Origin: an uncultured Roseibium sp.
GTDB taxonomy: Bacteria > Pseudomonadota > Alphaproteobacteria > Rhizobiales > Stappiaceae
NCBI RefSeq assembly: GCF_947496995.1
Contig: NZ_CANMFD010000001.1
Location: 242,692 to 306,691 of the forward strand
DNA length: 64,000 bases
Direction of reading: 5' to 3'
Position numbers and translations under genes: made by a program. A model generated the notes under the pieces. That model was not told where the DNA came from. It made no database searches and saw nothing but the letters and a program-made list of their open reading frames with translations. Each line of letters starts with the position of its first letter. Positions within the stretch are counted from its first letter, which is position 1. Below, piece after piece: positions 1 to 9,764 of the stretch.

Positions 1-104
1 AGAAGATCATTCCGGCCGATCCCCTGGAGTTGCCGAAAGTTGCAGGTTCCCGGCTCGTGGATGTGAAGGAAGGCCCGGTTGCACCGCTTCTTGTGGCGGA
101 GTAA
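1..104 (+). CDS. 3' end of an unidentified CDS entering from upstream (…KIIPADPLELPKVAGSRLVDVKEGPVAPLLVAE*)
   Basis: Frame 3 is open from the window edge to TAA at 102-104. 33 aa is too short to assign a family. Confidence 0.3.
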   Translation, partial: KIIPADPLELPKVAGSRLVDVKEGPVAPLLVAE

Positions 105-144
105 CGCGCTAAAAGCTCCGGATGGTCACGACCGTTCGGTGATC

Positions 145-1326
145 TCAGACAACATTTCTTTCAAGGATCGGCCTTTGCGCCGCGAGGCGCTCGATCGACA
201 GGGGCGACAGATCCAGGGTCTGATAGGCGCCTGTCGCGATCAGCTCCGCCAGGCCCCGGCCGACGGCCGGTGACTGCTGCAATCCGTGGCCGGAAAAACC
301 CAGCGCCAGATAGAAGCCTTTCAGGCCGGGGACTGCGCCGATGAAAGCGTTGTGGTCGAAAAGGTTCATGTCGTAGCTGCCGGCCCAGGAAGGCCCCGGG
401 CGGATGGCCTCGAAAGCCGGCACACGCGCGGCAAGGGCCGGCCAGATATGCTCTTCGAAGAGGCTATGGTCGACCTCGAAATCGGAACAATCCGGATCCC
501 GGTCCTCAGGCGGAGCCGATCCGCAGATATAGCCCGCTCCTTCCGGGCGCACATAGGTGCCTGTCGGATCGATCAGCAGCGGAAAATGGTCGAGTTTCTC
601 CCGGCAGTCGAAGGTGAAGACGCAGCGCTTGCGCGGCACGACCGGAACCTCCAGCCCTGCCTGCCTGCAGATCTCCGTGCCCCCGGCCGCCCCCGCGCAA
701 TTCACGACGACCGGTGCCGTCAATGTGTCTCCGTTCGACAACTTTATCCGCCAGTCCCCGCCGCCGGCAGCGTCCACCGAGGCTTGCGCAGCGATATACT
801 CTACACCGAGGGCGCGGGCTTTTTTCCGGAAGGCCTGCATCAGGCCGTAGCCGTCGAACCAGCCCTCTCCGGTCAGTCCGTGACAACCGGCGGCGAGGTC
901 CGAGACGTCCAGCCAGGGGAATTTTCGCTTGAGCCCGGCGGAATCGAAAAATCCGATATCCGCGCCAAGCTTTTGCTGCAGCCGGTGGTTCTCTTCAAGG
1001 ATGTCCACCTTGTCCGGCGTTGCCAGAAACAGGTAGCCGCCCTCGTGCAGGTCGATCGCGGGGCGCTCCGCGTTCACTTCGAGCCTCGCGCCGATCTCCC
1101 TCAGGAACCGGATACCGTACAGCGAGATTTCAATGTTGATGGCCGTGGAGAACTGCTGGCGGATGGACGCCGCCGATCGGGCAGAAGCGCAGGTCTCATA
1201 CGCAGGATCGGCTTCAACGACAAGGATGCGGCCGGTAAAATCCTTTCGCCCGGCAAGGTGACAGGCAACGGAGGAGCCCATGACGGCTCCGCCAATGACA
1301 ACGACATCCGCAGTCCGCTCTGCCAT
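145..1326 (-). CDS. FAD-dependent oxidoreductase (DAO / FOXRED1-like family)
   Basis: 393 aa ORF with an N-terminal Rossmann dinucleotide motif VVVIGGAVMGSSVACHLA. C-terminal GFSGHGLQQSPAVG is typical of the DAO family. Substrate unknown. Confidence 0.85.
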   Translation of the reverse strand: MAERTADVVVIGGAVMGSSVACHLAGRKDFTGRILVVEADPAYETCASARSAASIRQQFSTAINIEISLYGIRFLREIGARLEVNAERPAIDLHEGGYLFLATPDKVDILEENHRLQQKLGADIGFFDSAGLKRKFPWLDVSDLAAGCHGLTGEGWFDGYGLMQAFRKKARALGVEYIAAQASVDAAGGGDWRIKLSNGDTLTAPVVVNCAGAAGGTEICRQAGLEVPVVPRKRCVFTFDCREKLDHFPLLIDPTGTYVRPEGAGYICGSAPPEDRDPDCSDFEVDHSLFEEHIWPALAARVPAFEAIRPGPSWAGSYDMNLFDHNAFIGAVPGLKGFYLALGFSGHGLQQSPAVGRGLAELIATGAYQTLDLSPLSIERLAAQRPILERNVV

Positions 1327-1424
1327 GCAGCCTCCGTGGCCAGCCCGCGTTCAGGAGAACGCCGATAAAGGAGGGCGGACGGACATCAGGTCCGCCCGCC
1401 GGGTGTTCCGGATCCGAAGCCGGA

Positions 1425-2642
1425 TCAGAAGAAAGCCTGCAGGCCGGTCTGGGCGCGTCCGAGGATCAGCGCATGGACGTCATGCGTGCCTTCGTAGGTG
1501 TTGACGGTTTCCAGATTCTGGGAGTGGCGCATGACATGATATTCTTCCTGGATGCCGTTGCCGCCGTGCATGTCACGAGCCTGCCGGGCAATATCCAGCG
1601 CCTTGCCGCAATTGTTGCGCTTGATCAGCGAAATCATTTCCGGCGAAGCCTCGCCTGCGTCGAAGAGCTGGCCGACACGGAGTGCCGCCTGCAGTCCGAG
1701 CGTGATCTCGGTCTGCATGTCGGCAAGCTTCTTCTGGAAAAGCTGTGTCTGCGCCAGCGGGCGTCCGAACTGTTCGCGGTCGAGACCGTACTGGCGGGCG
1801 CGCATCCAGCAGTCCTCCGCCGCGCCCATGGAGCCCCATGAAATGCCATAACGGGCGCGGTTGAGACAGCCGAACGGCCCCTTGAGACCGGAAACATTCG
1901 GCAGCAGCGCATCCTCGCCCACCTCGACGCGGTCCATGACGATTTCGCCGGTGATCGAGGCACGCAGGGAAAGCTTGCCGCCGATCTTCGGGGCGCTGAG
2001 GCCCTTCATGCCTTTTTCCAGCACGAAGCCGCGAATGGCGCCGTCATGGGCTTCCGATTTCGCCCAGACCACGAATACATCGGCGATCGGCGAGTTGGAG
2101 ATCCACATTTTCGAACCGGTCAGCCTGTAGCCGCCGTCGATCTTTTCCGCACGGGTGCGCATTCCGGCCGGGTCGGAGCCCGCATCCGGTTCGGTCAGGC
2201 CGAAACAGCCGACGAATTCTCCGGAGGCCAGTTTCGGCAGGTATTTCTGCCGCTGCTCCTCGGAGCCGTAGGCATAGATCGGATACATCACCAGCGAGGA
2301 TTGAACGCTCATCATCGAGCGGTAGCCGCTGTCGACGCGCTCGATTTCCCGGGCAACGACGCCGTAGGCGACATAGGAAGCGCCCGCACAACCGTACTCC
2401 TCCGGAAGCGTGACGCCCAGCAGGCCGAGCGCCCCCATTTCGTTGAAGATTTCCCGGTCGGTCTTCTCCTCGCGGTAGGCCTCGATAATGCGCGGCTGCA
2501 GCTTTTCCTGCGCATACGCCCGGGCAGTGTCCTGAATGAGCTGCTCGTCTTCCTTGAGCTGATCACGCAGGTGAAACGGGTCCTGCCAGTCGAATGTGCC
2601 GCCGCCGGAGGGCGAGGATTTAACGTGTGCCGAAGCGTTCAT
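1425..2642 (-). CDS. gcdH: glutaryl-CoA dehydrogenase
   Basis: 405 aa acyl-CoA dehydrogenase. Strings [43 protein letters not shown] and [14 protein letters not shown] match the GCDH subfamily as I recognise it. A divergent LysR regulator lies alongside. Confidence 0.9.
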   Translation of the reverse strand: MNASAHVKSSPSGGGTFDWQDPFHLRDQLKEDEQLIQDTARAYAQEKLQPRIIEAYREEKTDREIFNEMGALGLLGVTLPEEYGCAGASYVAYGVVAREIERVDSGYRSMMSVQSSLVMYPIYAYGSEEQRQKYLPKLASGEFVGCFGLTEPDAGSDPAGMRTRAEKIDGGYRLTGSKMWISNSPIADVFVVWAKSEAHDGAIRGFVLEKGMKGLSAPKIGGKLSLRASITGEIVMDRVEVGEDALLPNVSGLKGPFGCLNRARYGISWGSMGAAEDCWMRARQYGLDREQFGRPLAQTQLFQKKLADMQTEITLGLQAALRVGQLFDAGEASPEMISLIKRNNCGKALDIARQARDMHGGNGIQEEYHVMRHSQNLETVNTYEGTHDVHALILGRAQTGLQAFF

Positions 2643-2798
2643 GAGTCTCTCCCGGGCCGGTTGCCTCAGCCCATCTCTGTCGGCCTGTCATCAGCCGGGG
2701 TCATTCTTTATTCTCCAGTCTTGCCGTAATTTCATTTGCGGAAAAGCGAAAGCTGCTCCATCATTCATGACAAAATGGAATGAAGTGGAGGAGAGTTC

Positions 2799-3722
2799 GT
2801 GCGACGTGCCTTTGTCCCGCCAGCGGACACCCTGATCGCTTTCGAATGCGCCGCCCGGCATTTGAGCTTCACCCGGGCAGCAGAGGAACTTCATCTGACG
2901 CAAGGGGCGGTGTCCAAGCAGGTGCGCCATCTGGAGGACCGTCTCGGCGTCGAGCTGTTCCGACGTGTGCGTCAGCGCATTGTGCTGACCGATGCAGGCC
3001 GTATCTATCTGCACGACATCCGTGGCGCGCTGGAACAGATGACCTCCGCGACGCGGCAGGTGATGTCCTATGCCGGCAGCGCCGATGTTCTGAATCTGGC
3101 CGTGCTGCCGACTTTCGGGACCCGCTGGCTGGCGCCGCGTCTGGCGGATTTTGCCCGCCGTCATCCGGACGCCGGATTGAACCTGAGTGTTCGTCTGCAG
3201 CCCTTCGATTTCGAGGAGGAGCCGTTCGACGGGGCCATTCATCACGGCGATCCGGTCTGGGCCGGAGCCATTGCGGAACGATTGTTCGACGAGGAAGTTA
3301 TTCCTGTAGCCTCGCGCGCTTTCAGGGACAGACACGAGATCCGCACGCCGGCTGATCTGGCGCGTGTTCCGCGCCTGCAGCTGGCAACCCGGCCTCTTGC
3401 CTGGCGCCACTGGTTCGATCTGGCGGGCGTCGAAACGGACACGGCGTTCCAGGGCGCGCGGTTCGAGCAGTTCGTGATGATCTCGGAGGCTGCGATCCAT
3501 CACGCGGGCGCGGCGTTGATCCCGCGGTTCTTCGTTGAAACCGAACTGGCCTCGGGACGCCTCGTGCGCCTGTTTGACCTGTCGCTGGACCAGCAGACAG
3601 CCTATTATTTCGTTTATCCGGAGGGGCGGACCATCCGGCCCGTGGTGGCGGCCTTTCGGAAGTGGCTTATGGAAGAGGCCAGAATGGCCCGGGCAGATCG
3701 CGAAGCCATGCTGCCGGGGTGA
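2799..3722 (+). CDS. LysR-family transcriptional regulator (GcdR/GcvA-like)
   Basis: N-terminal HTH motif FECAARHLSFTRAAEELHLTQGAVSKQVRHLE, followed by a LysR substrate-binding domain. Divergent from gcdH. Confidence 0.9.
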   Translation: MRRAFVPPADTLIAFECAARHLSFTRAAEELHLTQGAVSKQVRHLEDRLGVELFRRVRQRIVLTDAGRIYLHDIRGALEQMTSATRQVMSYAGSADVLNLAVLPTFGTRWLAPRLADFARRHPDAGLNLSVRLQPFDFEEEPFDGAIHHGDPVWAGAIAERLFDEEVIPVASRAFRDRHEIRTPADLARVPRLQLATRPLAWRHWFDLAGVETDTAFQGARFEQFVMISEAAIHHAGAALIPRFFVETELASGRLVRLFDLSLDQQTAYYFVYPEGRTIRPVVAAFRKWLMEEARMARADREAMLPG

Positions 3723-4696
3723 TCGATCTGGAAGTGAAAGAACGTCCGCTGTTCATCCGAGCGCGGGACTTTCCAAGGGAGAAGCAATTGGACAAGCAGC
3801 ATCTGCGCCTGATCCTCAACGGCAAGTCGGCGGGCCGGGACGATGTGCGTGAGGCCGTGAACGAGGTGCGGTCCATGGGACACGAAGTGTCCGTTCGCAC
3901 CACCTATGAGCCCGGCGACATTCCCCGTCTCGTCAGGGAGGCCCTGAGCGATCACGCAAGCGAACGGATCGACACGCTTGTGAGCGGCGGCGGCGACGGC
4001 ACCTTGAACGAGGTGGTCGATGCGACGCTTCATGAACTGGCCGAGGATGAAAAGCCGCCATTCGCCTTCGCGGTGCTTCCGCTCGGCACCGCCAATGATT
4101 TTGCCGGCCAGATAGATCTGGATGCCGACGACATTCTGTCCTGCCTGCGCTTTGCCGCGCGTGCCGAAGCCAAGCCCACGGACATCGGCAAGGTCAACGG
4201 CTGCGTGTTCGTGAACATGGCCACCGGAGGTTTCGGGACCCGCGTGACGTCAGAAACCGATCCGAACCTCAAGAAGGTTCTGGGCGGGGCCGCCTATCTG
4301 TTCACAGGCCTGCAGCGCTTTTCCGAACTGGCGGCCTGTGAAGCCCGGATCGAGGCCGAGGATTTCACCTGGGAAGGTGCATTCCTGGCCCTTGCCGTCG
4401 GCAACGGGCAGCGCGCCGGAGGCGGTATCCGGCTGTGTCCCCACGCCAAACTCGACGACGGCTTCCTCGACCTGACCATCCTGCCTTTCCCCACCTCAGG
4501 CCGGGCGATCGACCTGTTGACCATGCTGCTGGACAGCGGCGCGGAAGGTCTGAACAACGCCCTTATTCAAAAGAAGGTGCGCAACGTCACCATCCAGACC
4601 GAGGACAGCGTGCAGTTCAATCTGGACGGCGAGCCGATGAACGGCCAGTCCTGGGAAATCGGCATCAGGCACCACCAGATCAACCTGCGGCGCTGA
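3719..4696 (+). CDS. YegS/DAGK-family lipid kinase
   Basis: Contains LILNGKSAG, the SGGGDGTLNEVV signature and LPLGTANDF. The start is uncertain. GTG at 3719 overlaps the LysR stop (GTGA); alternatives are GTG 3734 or ATG 3662. Confidence 0.75.
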   Translation: MIDLEVKERPLFIRARDFPREKQLDKQHLRLILNGKSAGRDDVREAVNEVRSMGHEVSVRTTYEPGDIPRLVREALSDHASERIDTLVSGGGDGTLNEVVDATLHELAEDEKPPFAFAVLPLGTANDFAGQIDLDADDILSCLRFAARAEAKPTDIGKVNGCVFVNMATGGFGTRVTSETDPNLKKVLGGAAYLFTGLQRFSELAACEARIEAEDFTWEGAFLALAVGNGQRAGGGIRLCPHAKLDDGFLDLTILPFPTSGRAIDLLTMLLDSGAEGLNNALIQKKVRNVTIQTEDSVQFNLDGEPMNGQSWEIGIRHHQINLRR

Positions 4697-4728
4697 CGCG
4701 GATCCCTCTGTCTGTTTCACCCGCCCGC

Positions 4729-5520
4729 CTATTTTGCCCGTTTCAGCCAGCCGTCGGGTGCCGCCGATATCAGCAGCTTGTTGTTGATGCTCTGGTCGAT
4801 TGAAAATTCCGGATGCGATTTCAGAAACTCGTGAACAGCTGTCTTGGCATTGTTGCCTGGCGCCCACGGCCGGTCCGGAAAAGTGCCTTCCGGCAGATCC
4901 TCAATCACCGTATCGAAGACGAGACAATAGCTGTCTTTCGTAGCCAATCCGGCATAGGCATTCAACTCGGCCAGCACATGGTCATGGGTGTGATTGCTGT
5001 CGAGGCACACCAGGACGCGCTTGTAGTTTCCGGCATATTCGGCCACCCGCTGGATCATCGCGTCTTCAATGGAGGATCCTTCGAACATGTCGATCTTGGA
5101 CGACATGGGATGGGCCTCGATCACCTCCCTGTTATGCGACCTGATGTCGATATCGATTCCGAGTACGCGCCTTTTGACGGCTTTGGGATCGACGACACCG
5201 CCGGTTTCAACCGCCTCGCAATAATCCAGCATCGCCAGCAGCGAGGCGCTCATGATCAGCGAACCGCCATGTGCGATCCCTGTCTCGATGATCAGATCCG
5301 GTTTGGTCGCCCAGACGATTTCCTGGAAGACGACCATGTCCGTCGGGAGCTGTATGATTGGCCGACCGCCCCAAGCGAAATTGTACATGTATTTTTCGTC
5401 GAAGGCGGTCTTCATCCAGTCGCGGGAAAGGGTCTTCCACTCTTCCTGTCCGGCATAGCCGGAAATCCGGGTTTCCCGCTCGCTCTCGAATTCTGTGACC
5501 GGATTGTTGTTGTTGTTCAT
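4729..5520 (-). CDS. CmcI ('cephalosporin hydroxylase') family SAM-dependent methyltransferase, probable sugar O-methyltransferase
   Basis: 263 aa with WGGRPIIQLPTDMVVFQEIVW..KPDLIIETGIAHGGS, typical of the CmcI family. Last gene of the CDP-sugar operon. Its start overlaps the upstream stop (ATGA at 5517-5520). Confidence 0.8.
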   Translation of the reverse strand: MNNNNNPVTEFESERETRISGYAGQEEWKTLSRDWMKTAFDEKYMYNFAWGGRPIIQLPTDMVVFQEIVWATKPDLIIETGIAHGGSLIMSASLLAMLDYCEAVETGGVVDPKAVKRRVLGIDIDIRSHNREVIEAHPMSSKIDMFEGSSIEDAMIQRVAEYAGNYKRVLVCLDSNHTHDHVLAELNAYAGLATKDSYCLVFDTVIEDLPEGTFPDRPWAPGNNAKTAVHEFLKSHPEFSIDQSINNKLLISAAPDGWLKRAK

Positions 5521-6344
5521 TGTTCAACTCCTGAATAGGTCGGGCCGTTGCCCGCCATGCGTAGCAGCGAAGGCAGGTCCTCGATGAGTTTTCTTGGCGA
5601 GAAATCAAACTCGCTCTGAAGTCTGGCGATGTTGATCGCGGGAAAGGCTCTGCATGCGCCACCGGGCCGGAAGGAGCACGAATAGCCTTCCTGCTTGAGT
5701 GTGCGGGCAATGTCGCCGTGACGGGTCTGCGTGCAGCTGGCGATATTGTAGATCCGCTGCCGGCCCGATTGCGCGATCCTCTCGGCCATCGCCACGACGT
5801 CTTCGACGGAAACATAGTCCTTTGAAGATCCGGCGGATTCCAGAATCTCCGCACGTCCCGCCGTTAGCAGATCCCGCAAAAGGGATCCGAGGAAAGTGCT
5901 CTGGCTCTGGTCCGGTCCGTAAACATTCGACAGACGGACAACGCGAACCCCCGGCGTAGCAAGGCAAAGTGCCTCGCCCAGCATTTTCGAAAGGTCATAG
6001 GTCGTGTCGGCCGACGGCGTCACGCCGATCGGGGCGTCTTCCGCGGTCTCTTCGCATCCGCTGGCCTGGCCGTAGATCCGGGTGCTCGAAAAATACAGGA
6101 ACGACTCAAACGACGTCGTTTCCAGCAGCCTTGCCAGAAGACCCGCATGGGCCTCCACCGTTGCGAGAGGGTATTTCCTGAAATTGCCGGTCATACCGAT
6201 GCAGTAAAAGACATGGCCCAGATCGCCTGCGAGCGTTGCCAGCTCCGCCCGTCCCGGCATTGTCACGTCATAGCTCTTCCCCCGAAGATGCCGGACGATA
6301 TTTCGGCCGATGAATCCGCTCGCGCCTAAAACAGTAGCCTTCAT
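5517..6344 (-). CDS. NAD(P)-dependent epimerase/dehydratase-family SDR (probable NDP-4-ketohexose reductase)
   Basis: Start chosen at MKATVLGASGFIGRNIV (Rossmann GxxGxxG). The longer 323 aa ORF adds an Arg-rich, non-protein-like extension. ATGA overlaps occur at both ends. Confidence 0.8.
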   Translation of the reverse strand: MKATVLGASGFIGRNIVRHLRGKSYDVTMPGRAELATLAGDLGHVFYCIGMTGNFRKYPLATVEAHAGLLARLLETTSFESFLYFSSTRIYGQASGCEETAEDAPIGVTPSADTTYDLSKMLGEALCLATPGVRVVRLSNVYGPDQSQSTFLGSLLRDLLTAGRAEILESAGSSKDYVSVEDVVAMAERIAQSGRQRIYNIASCTQTRHGDIARTLKQEGYSCSFRPGGACRAFPAINIARLQSEFDFSPRKLIEDLPSLLRMAGNGPTYSGVEQ

Positions 6345-6832
6345 GTCCTCGTTCCGATTGTGCGCATCGGATTGCCAGTGACGATCGTATAGGCCGCAAC
6401 GGTGCCCCTGACGACGGTTCCCGCCCCAATCACACATCCGCTGTTGACGACGGCGCCGTCGAGAAACACGCAGTTCGCACCGATCCATACATCGTCGCCG
6501 ATCGTAATGCCGCCCCGGCTCGGCTGAAAGCCCTGCTCGACAATCAGTCGGCTCCGGTCCGCAAAGGCATGATTGACCGGGGCGAACGTGCAGTTGGCCG
6601 CGATGGCGACATTGTCGCCGATCCTGAGGCCATGGCCGGAATAAATCACACAGCCGGAATTGAGGGTGACATTCTCGCCGATCTCGACGTCACCGGAGCC
6701 TCCGGCTGGTTTGATCTTCACGAAACTGTCAACTGTGGAACGGGCGCCGATCCGTATGACCGAGCCGCGCACGCTGTCTTCGATATCGGCCAGTTTCGAT
6801 ATTCGGGCTGTCGGGTCGATCTCTAGGGTCAT
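6341..6832 (-). CDS. left-handed beta-helix (hexapeptide repeat) acyl/acetyltransferase
   Basis: Repeated [LIV]G-x4 hexapeptides (IGENVTLNSGCVI, IGDNVAIAANCT, IGDDVWIGANCVFLDGAVVNSGCVIGAGTVV). Start taken at MTLEIDP. Confidence 0.8.
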   Translation of the reverse strand: MTLEIDPTARISKLADIEDSVRGSVIRIGARSTVDSFVKIKPAGGSGDVEIGENVTLNSGCVIYSGHGLRIGDNVAIAANCTFAPVNHAFADRSRLIVEQGFQPSRGGITIGDDVWIGANCVFLDGAVVNSGCVIGAGTVVRGTVAAYTIVTGNPMRTIGTRT

Positions 6833-6931
6833 GGGACGGTGTTGCCAGTTTCTTTCAGGAGGTCTGTGTCTGTCGCAGCAGCATGCCGGAAGTCCGCGCC
6901 CTGTCAAAGGCGCTTGCCGCAAACCGGTGCG

Positions 6932-8173
6932 TCAGGGGCTGCCTTCAAGCACCCGGACTTCGGGAATAAAGGTGACGAACCTGGTGCCGGAGGCGGCAAG
7001 ATCCGCGTTCTGCTTTTTGATTTCCTCCGCGATGTTCCACGGCAGTATGATCAGATAGTCCGGCCGCCGGTCTTTCAGCGCCTCCGGCGGCAGGACCGGA
7101 ATGTGACTGCCCGGCAGGAACTTTCCCTGTTTTGCCGGTGCCCCGTCGCAGACGAATGGCAGCAGATCAGGTCTGACGCCCGCAAAGTTCAAAAGCGTGT
7201 TGCCTTTTGCGGCCGCTCCGTAACCGGCCACGGTCCTGCCGTCCCGTTTGGCGTCCAGCAGAAAACCCAGGAACTGGTTTTTCACCCGTTCCGCGCGCTG
7301 CTGGAAAGAGGCGTAGAATTCCGGTGTTTCCATGCCCCGCCGCCGTTCTTCCGACAGCACGTTCGCAACCGCGCTGCTTTCCGCATGCGGGGCGTCCTCG
7401 AGGCAGCCATAGACCCTCAGGCTGCCGCCATGTGTCGGCAACTCTTCGACATCGAAGACCCTGAGGCCCGCGGCGGCAAAGATGCGGGAAACGGTTCCAA
7501 GGGCAAGATAGGAAAAATGCTCGTGATAGACCGTGTCGAACTGGCAGAATTCCACCAGACGCATGAGATGCGGAAATTCCAGTGTCACAACGCCGGAAGG
7601 TTTCAACAACTGGGCGAGGCCGCGGGTGAAATCGTTGATATCCGGAACATGGGCATAGACATTGTTGCCGATGACTAGGTCGGCCTGCTTTCCGCTGGCT
7701 GCGAGCTCTTTGGCAAGAGCCGCACCGAAGAATTCACGCATCACCGGAACGCCGAGAGCTTCCGCCGCCGTGGCAGTGGAAGCGGTCGGCTCGATGCCGA
7801 GACAGGGGATGCCGTCCGCGACGAAATTCTTCAGGAGGTAGCCGTCGTTCGAAGCGGTCTCAACCACTAAGCTGTTGTCGTCAAGGCCCAGCCGCGCGGT
7901 GATCTTGCGGCAATAGTCGGCCGCATGCGCCAGCCAGCTTTTCGAGGTTGACGAGAAATAGGCATAGTCCTTGTCGAACAGGCTGCCGGCGTCGGTATAG
8001 TCCTGTGTCTGCACCAGAAAACATCCGTCGCAGACCATCAGGCGCAGCGGATAGGTCAGTTCCGGTGCCGAGAGATCCTCTTCCGCAAGATAGGCGTTCG
8101 ACGGCGGTGCATAGCCGAGGTCGAGGAATTGCCGGGTCAGGTCGCGTCCGCAATGACGGCAGGTCTGGTTCAT
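6932..8173 (-). CDS. NDP-hexose C-methyltransferase (TylC3 class; zinc-ribbon + class I MTase + C-terminal C-methyltransferase domain)
   Basis: 413 aa. N-terminal Cys4 motif (CRHCG…CDGC). SAM motif VVETASNDGYLL. Overall architecture is that of sugar C3-methyltransferases. Confidence 0.75.
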   Translation of the reverse strand: MNQTCRHCGRDLTRQFLDLGYAPPSNAYLAEEDLSAPELTYPLRLMVCDGCFLVQTQDYTDAGSLFDKDYAYFSSTSKSWLAHAADYCRKITARLGLDDNSLVVETASNDGYLLKNFVADGIPCLGIEPTASTATAAEALGVPVMREFFGAALAKELAASGKQADLVIGNNVYAHVPDINDFTRGLAQLLKPSGVVTLEFPHLMRLVEFCQFDTVYHEHFSYLALGTVSRIFAAAGLRVFDVEELPTHGGSLRVYGCLEDAPHAESSAVANVLSEERRRGMETPEFYASFQQRAERVKNQFLGFLLDAKRDGRTVAGYGAAAKGNTLLNFAGVRPDLLPFVCDGAPAKQGKFLPGSHIPVLPPEALKDRRPDYLIILPWNIAEEIKKQNADLAASGTRFVTFIPEVRVLEGSP

Positions 8174-8715
8174 GAAATCGGGTCCACATTCTTCAGGGGC
8201 GGCAGGGTTCGGTCACGTTCGGAAAGCGTGCCGATTTCCAGAGGCCAGGCGATGGCGACGTCCGGATCTGCGTGATGCAATCCGCCTTCATTTTCGGGGC
8301 TGTAGCTGTCCGAGTGGAAATACAGCAGCTCCGCATTCGGTGTCAGTGTCTGGAAGCCATGCGCGCACCCGGCAGGAATGTAGATCATCTCTCCACCTTC
8401 CGAACTGAGCGTCACCGAAGTCCATTGCCCGAAGGTTTCGGAGCCCTTGCGAAGATCGACGATGACATCGAAGACAGCGCCTTGCATGCATTTCACCAGT
8501 TTTGCATCCGCTTTCGGCGGCCGCTGGAAATGCATGCCGCGCAGGGTGCCCTTCTCAGCGCTGTAAGACACGTTGCACTGTTCCCAGGTCCCGGCCAGTC
8601 CATGCCGCTGGAACTCTTCACGGCAGAACATCCGGGCAAAAAAGCCCCGGCTGTCGCCCCTGCGCTCCAGGCCAACCTGATAGGCGCCGGCAAGGGAAAG
8701 AGGCGTGAACTTCAT
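8170..8715 (-). CDS. RmlC-like cupin, NDP-4-keto-6-deoxyhexose 3,5- (or 5-) epimerase family
   Basis: Start at MKFTPL. Contains GDSRGFF, LRGMHFQ, KLVKCMQGAVFDVIVDLR and GCAHGFQTL, as in RfbC/RmlC. ATGA overlaps on both sides. Confidence 0.8.
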   Translation of the reverse strand: MKFTPLSLAGAYQVGLERRGDSRGFFARMFCREEFQRHGLAGTWEQCNVSYSAEKGTLRGMHFQRPPKADAKLVKCMQGAVFDVIVDLRKGSETFGQWTSVTLSSEGGEMIYIPAGCAHGFQTLTPNAELLYFHSDSYSPENEGGLHHADPDVAIAWPLEIGTLSERDRTLPPLKNVDPIS

Positions 8716-9764
8716 CTGTCGGCCTCGAAAGTGGCGATCTGGTCGCGGGTAACCTGAAGTGGGTCGGCGCCTTCCGCAACCTGGCGGTACCAGGTGACCG
8801 TTTTTTCGATCGCGTTCGCGAACCGCCAGGCAGGCGCCCAGCCGAGGTCGCAGCGTGCCTTGTCGATCGACAGCGAAAGACGGCCGGCTTCGTGGACGGC
8901 ATGCGCGTCGGACGCGTCGGTCCATTTGCCGGGCCAGTGTTGCAGGATGGTATCGGCCAGGTCCCGAACGGAAAACACATCGGCCGGCTCGGGGCCGAAA
9001 TTATATCCGCACTGGAACCGCGCATCTGCCGCCAAATGCACGCGTTCGGCCAGAGTGAGATAACCCTCGAGCGGATCGAGCACATGCTGCCAGGGACGGA
9101 TCGAGGCGGGATTGCGGATTTCTGCCGGATTTCCGGCTTGCAGGGAGCGGATGATATCGGGAACCAGACGATCCTCCGCCCAATCCCCACCACCGATGAC
9201 ATTGCCCGCCCGGGCCGTTGCTATCTTCAAACCGCCGCCGCCGAAGGACCGGCGCCAGCTGGCGGACACGAGTTCGGTGGCTGCCTTGGAGGCCGAATAC
9301 GGATCGTATCCGCCGAGCGGATCGTTCTCGCGGTAGGCATACGCCCATTCGTGGTTTTCATAGACCTTGTCGGTGGTCACGACGATGACCGTCACCGGTC
9401 GATCCAGCCTGTGCAGCGCGTCCAGAAGATGAACGGTGCCCATCACATTGGTCGCCCAGTTTCCGACCGGATCCTTGTAGGAACGGCGGACCAGGGACTG
9501 GGCCGCAAGATGAAGAACGATTTCCGGCCGGGTCGCGGCAACTTCCTTCTGCAGCGCATCCGCATCGCGGATGTCGAGAAGGGCGTTTCTCATCCGGGTG
9601 TCCAGTTTCAGGCCGGCATATAGGCTGCTGTCTCCCTCGGCGGGAAGCGCGATGCCGGAAACCTCGGCACCCCGTCCGATCAGCAGTTCGCTCAACCAGG
9701 CTCCCTTGAAACCCGTATGCCCGGTCAGGAGAACCTTTCTGTCTTGCCAGAAGCTCATCGCCAT
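8712..9764 (-). CDS. rfbG: CDP-glucose 4,6-dehydratase
   Basis: 350 aa. LLTGHTGFKGAWLSELL with YSASK catalytic motif. Directly downstream of the cytidylyltransferase. Confidence 0.88.
   Translation of the reverse strand: MAMSFWQDRKVLLTGHTGFKGAWLSELLIGRGAEVSGIALPAEGDSSLYAGLKLDTRMRNALLDIRDADALQKEVAATRPEIVLHLAAQSLVRRSYKDPVGNWATNVMGTVHLLDALHRLDRPVTVIVVTTDKVYENHEWAYAYRENDPLGGYDPYSASKAATELVSASWRRSFGGGGLKIATARAGNVIGGGDWAEDRLVPDIIRSLQAGNPAEIRNPASIRPWQHVLDPLEGYLTLAERVHLAADARFQCGYNFGPEPADVFSVRDLADTILQHWPGKWTDASDAHAVHEAGRLSLSIDKARCDLGWAPAWRFANAIEKTVTWYRQVAEGADPLQVTRDQIATFEADR

Noticed and set aside
286-1368. 360 aa + strand ORF antisense to the FAD oxidoreductase. Similar long antisense ORFs occur at 19140-20675, 26247-27404, 34011-35222, 36016-37737, 43892-44926, 46034-47185 and 61668-62825.
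   Set aside because: All lie opposite CDSs with clear family motifs. They are Arg/Pro/Gly/Ala-rich with no recognisable domains. This is the usual stop-codon-poor antisense frame of high-GC DNA.
5504-5517. (TTG)4 trinucleotide tract encoding the Asn5 run at the N-terminus of the CmcI-type methyltransferase. Possible slipped-strand variation.
   Set aside because: Changes in unit number stay in frame and would only alter the Asn count. The tract is too short for convincing phase variation.
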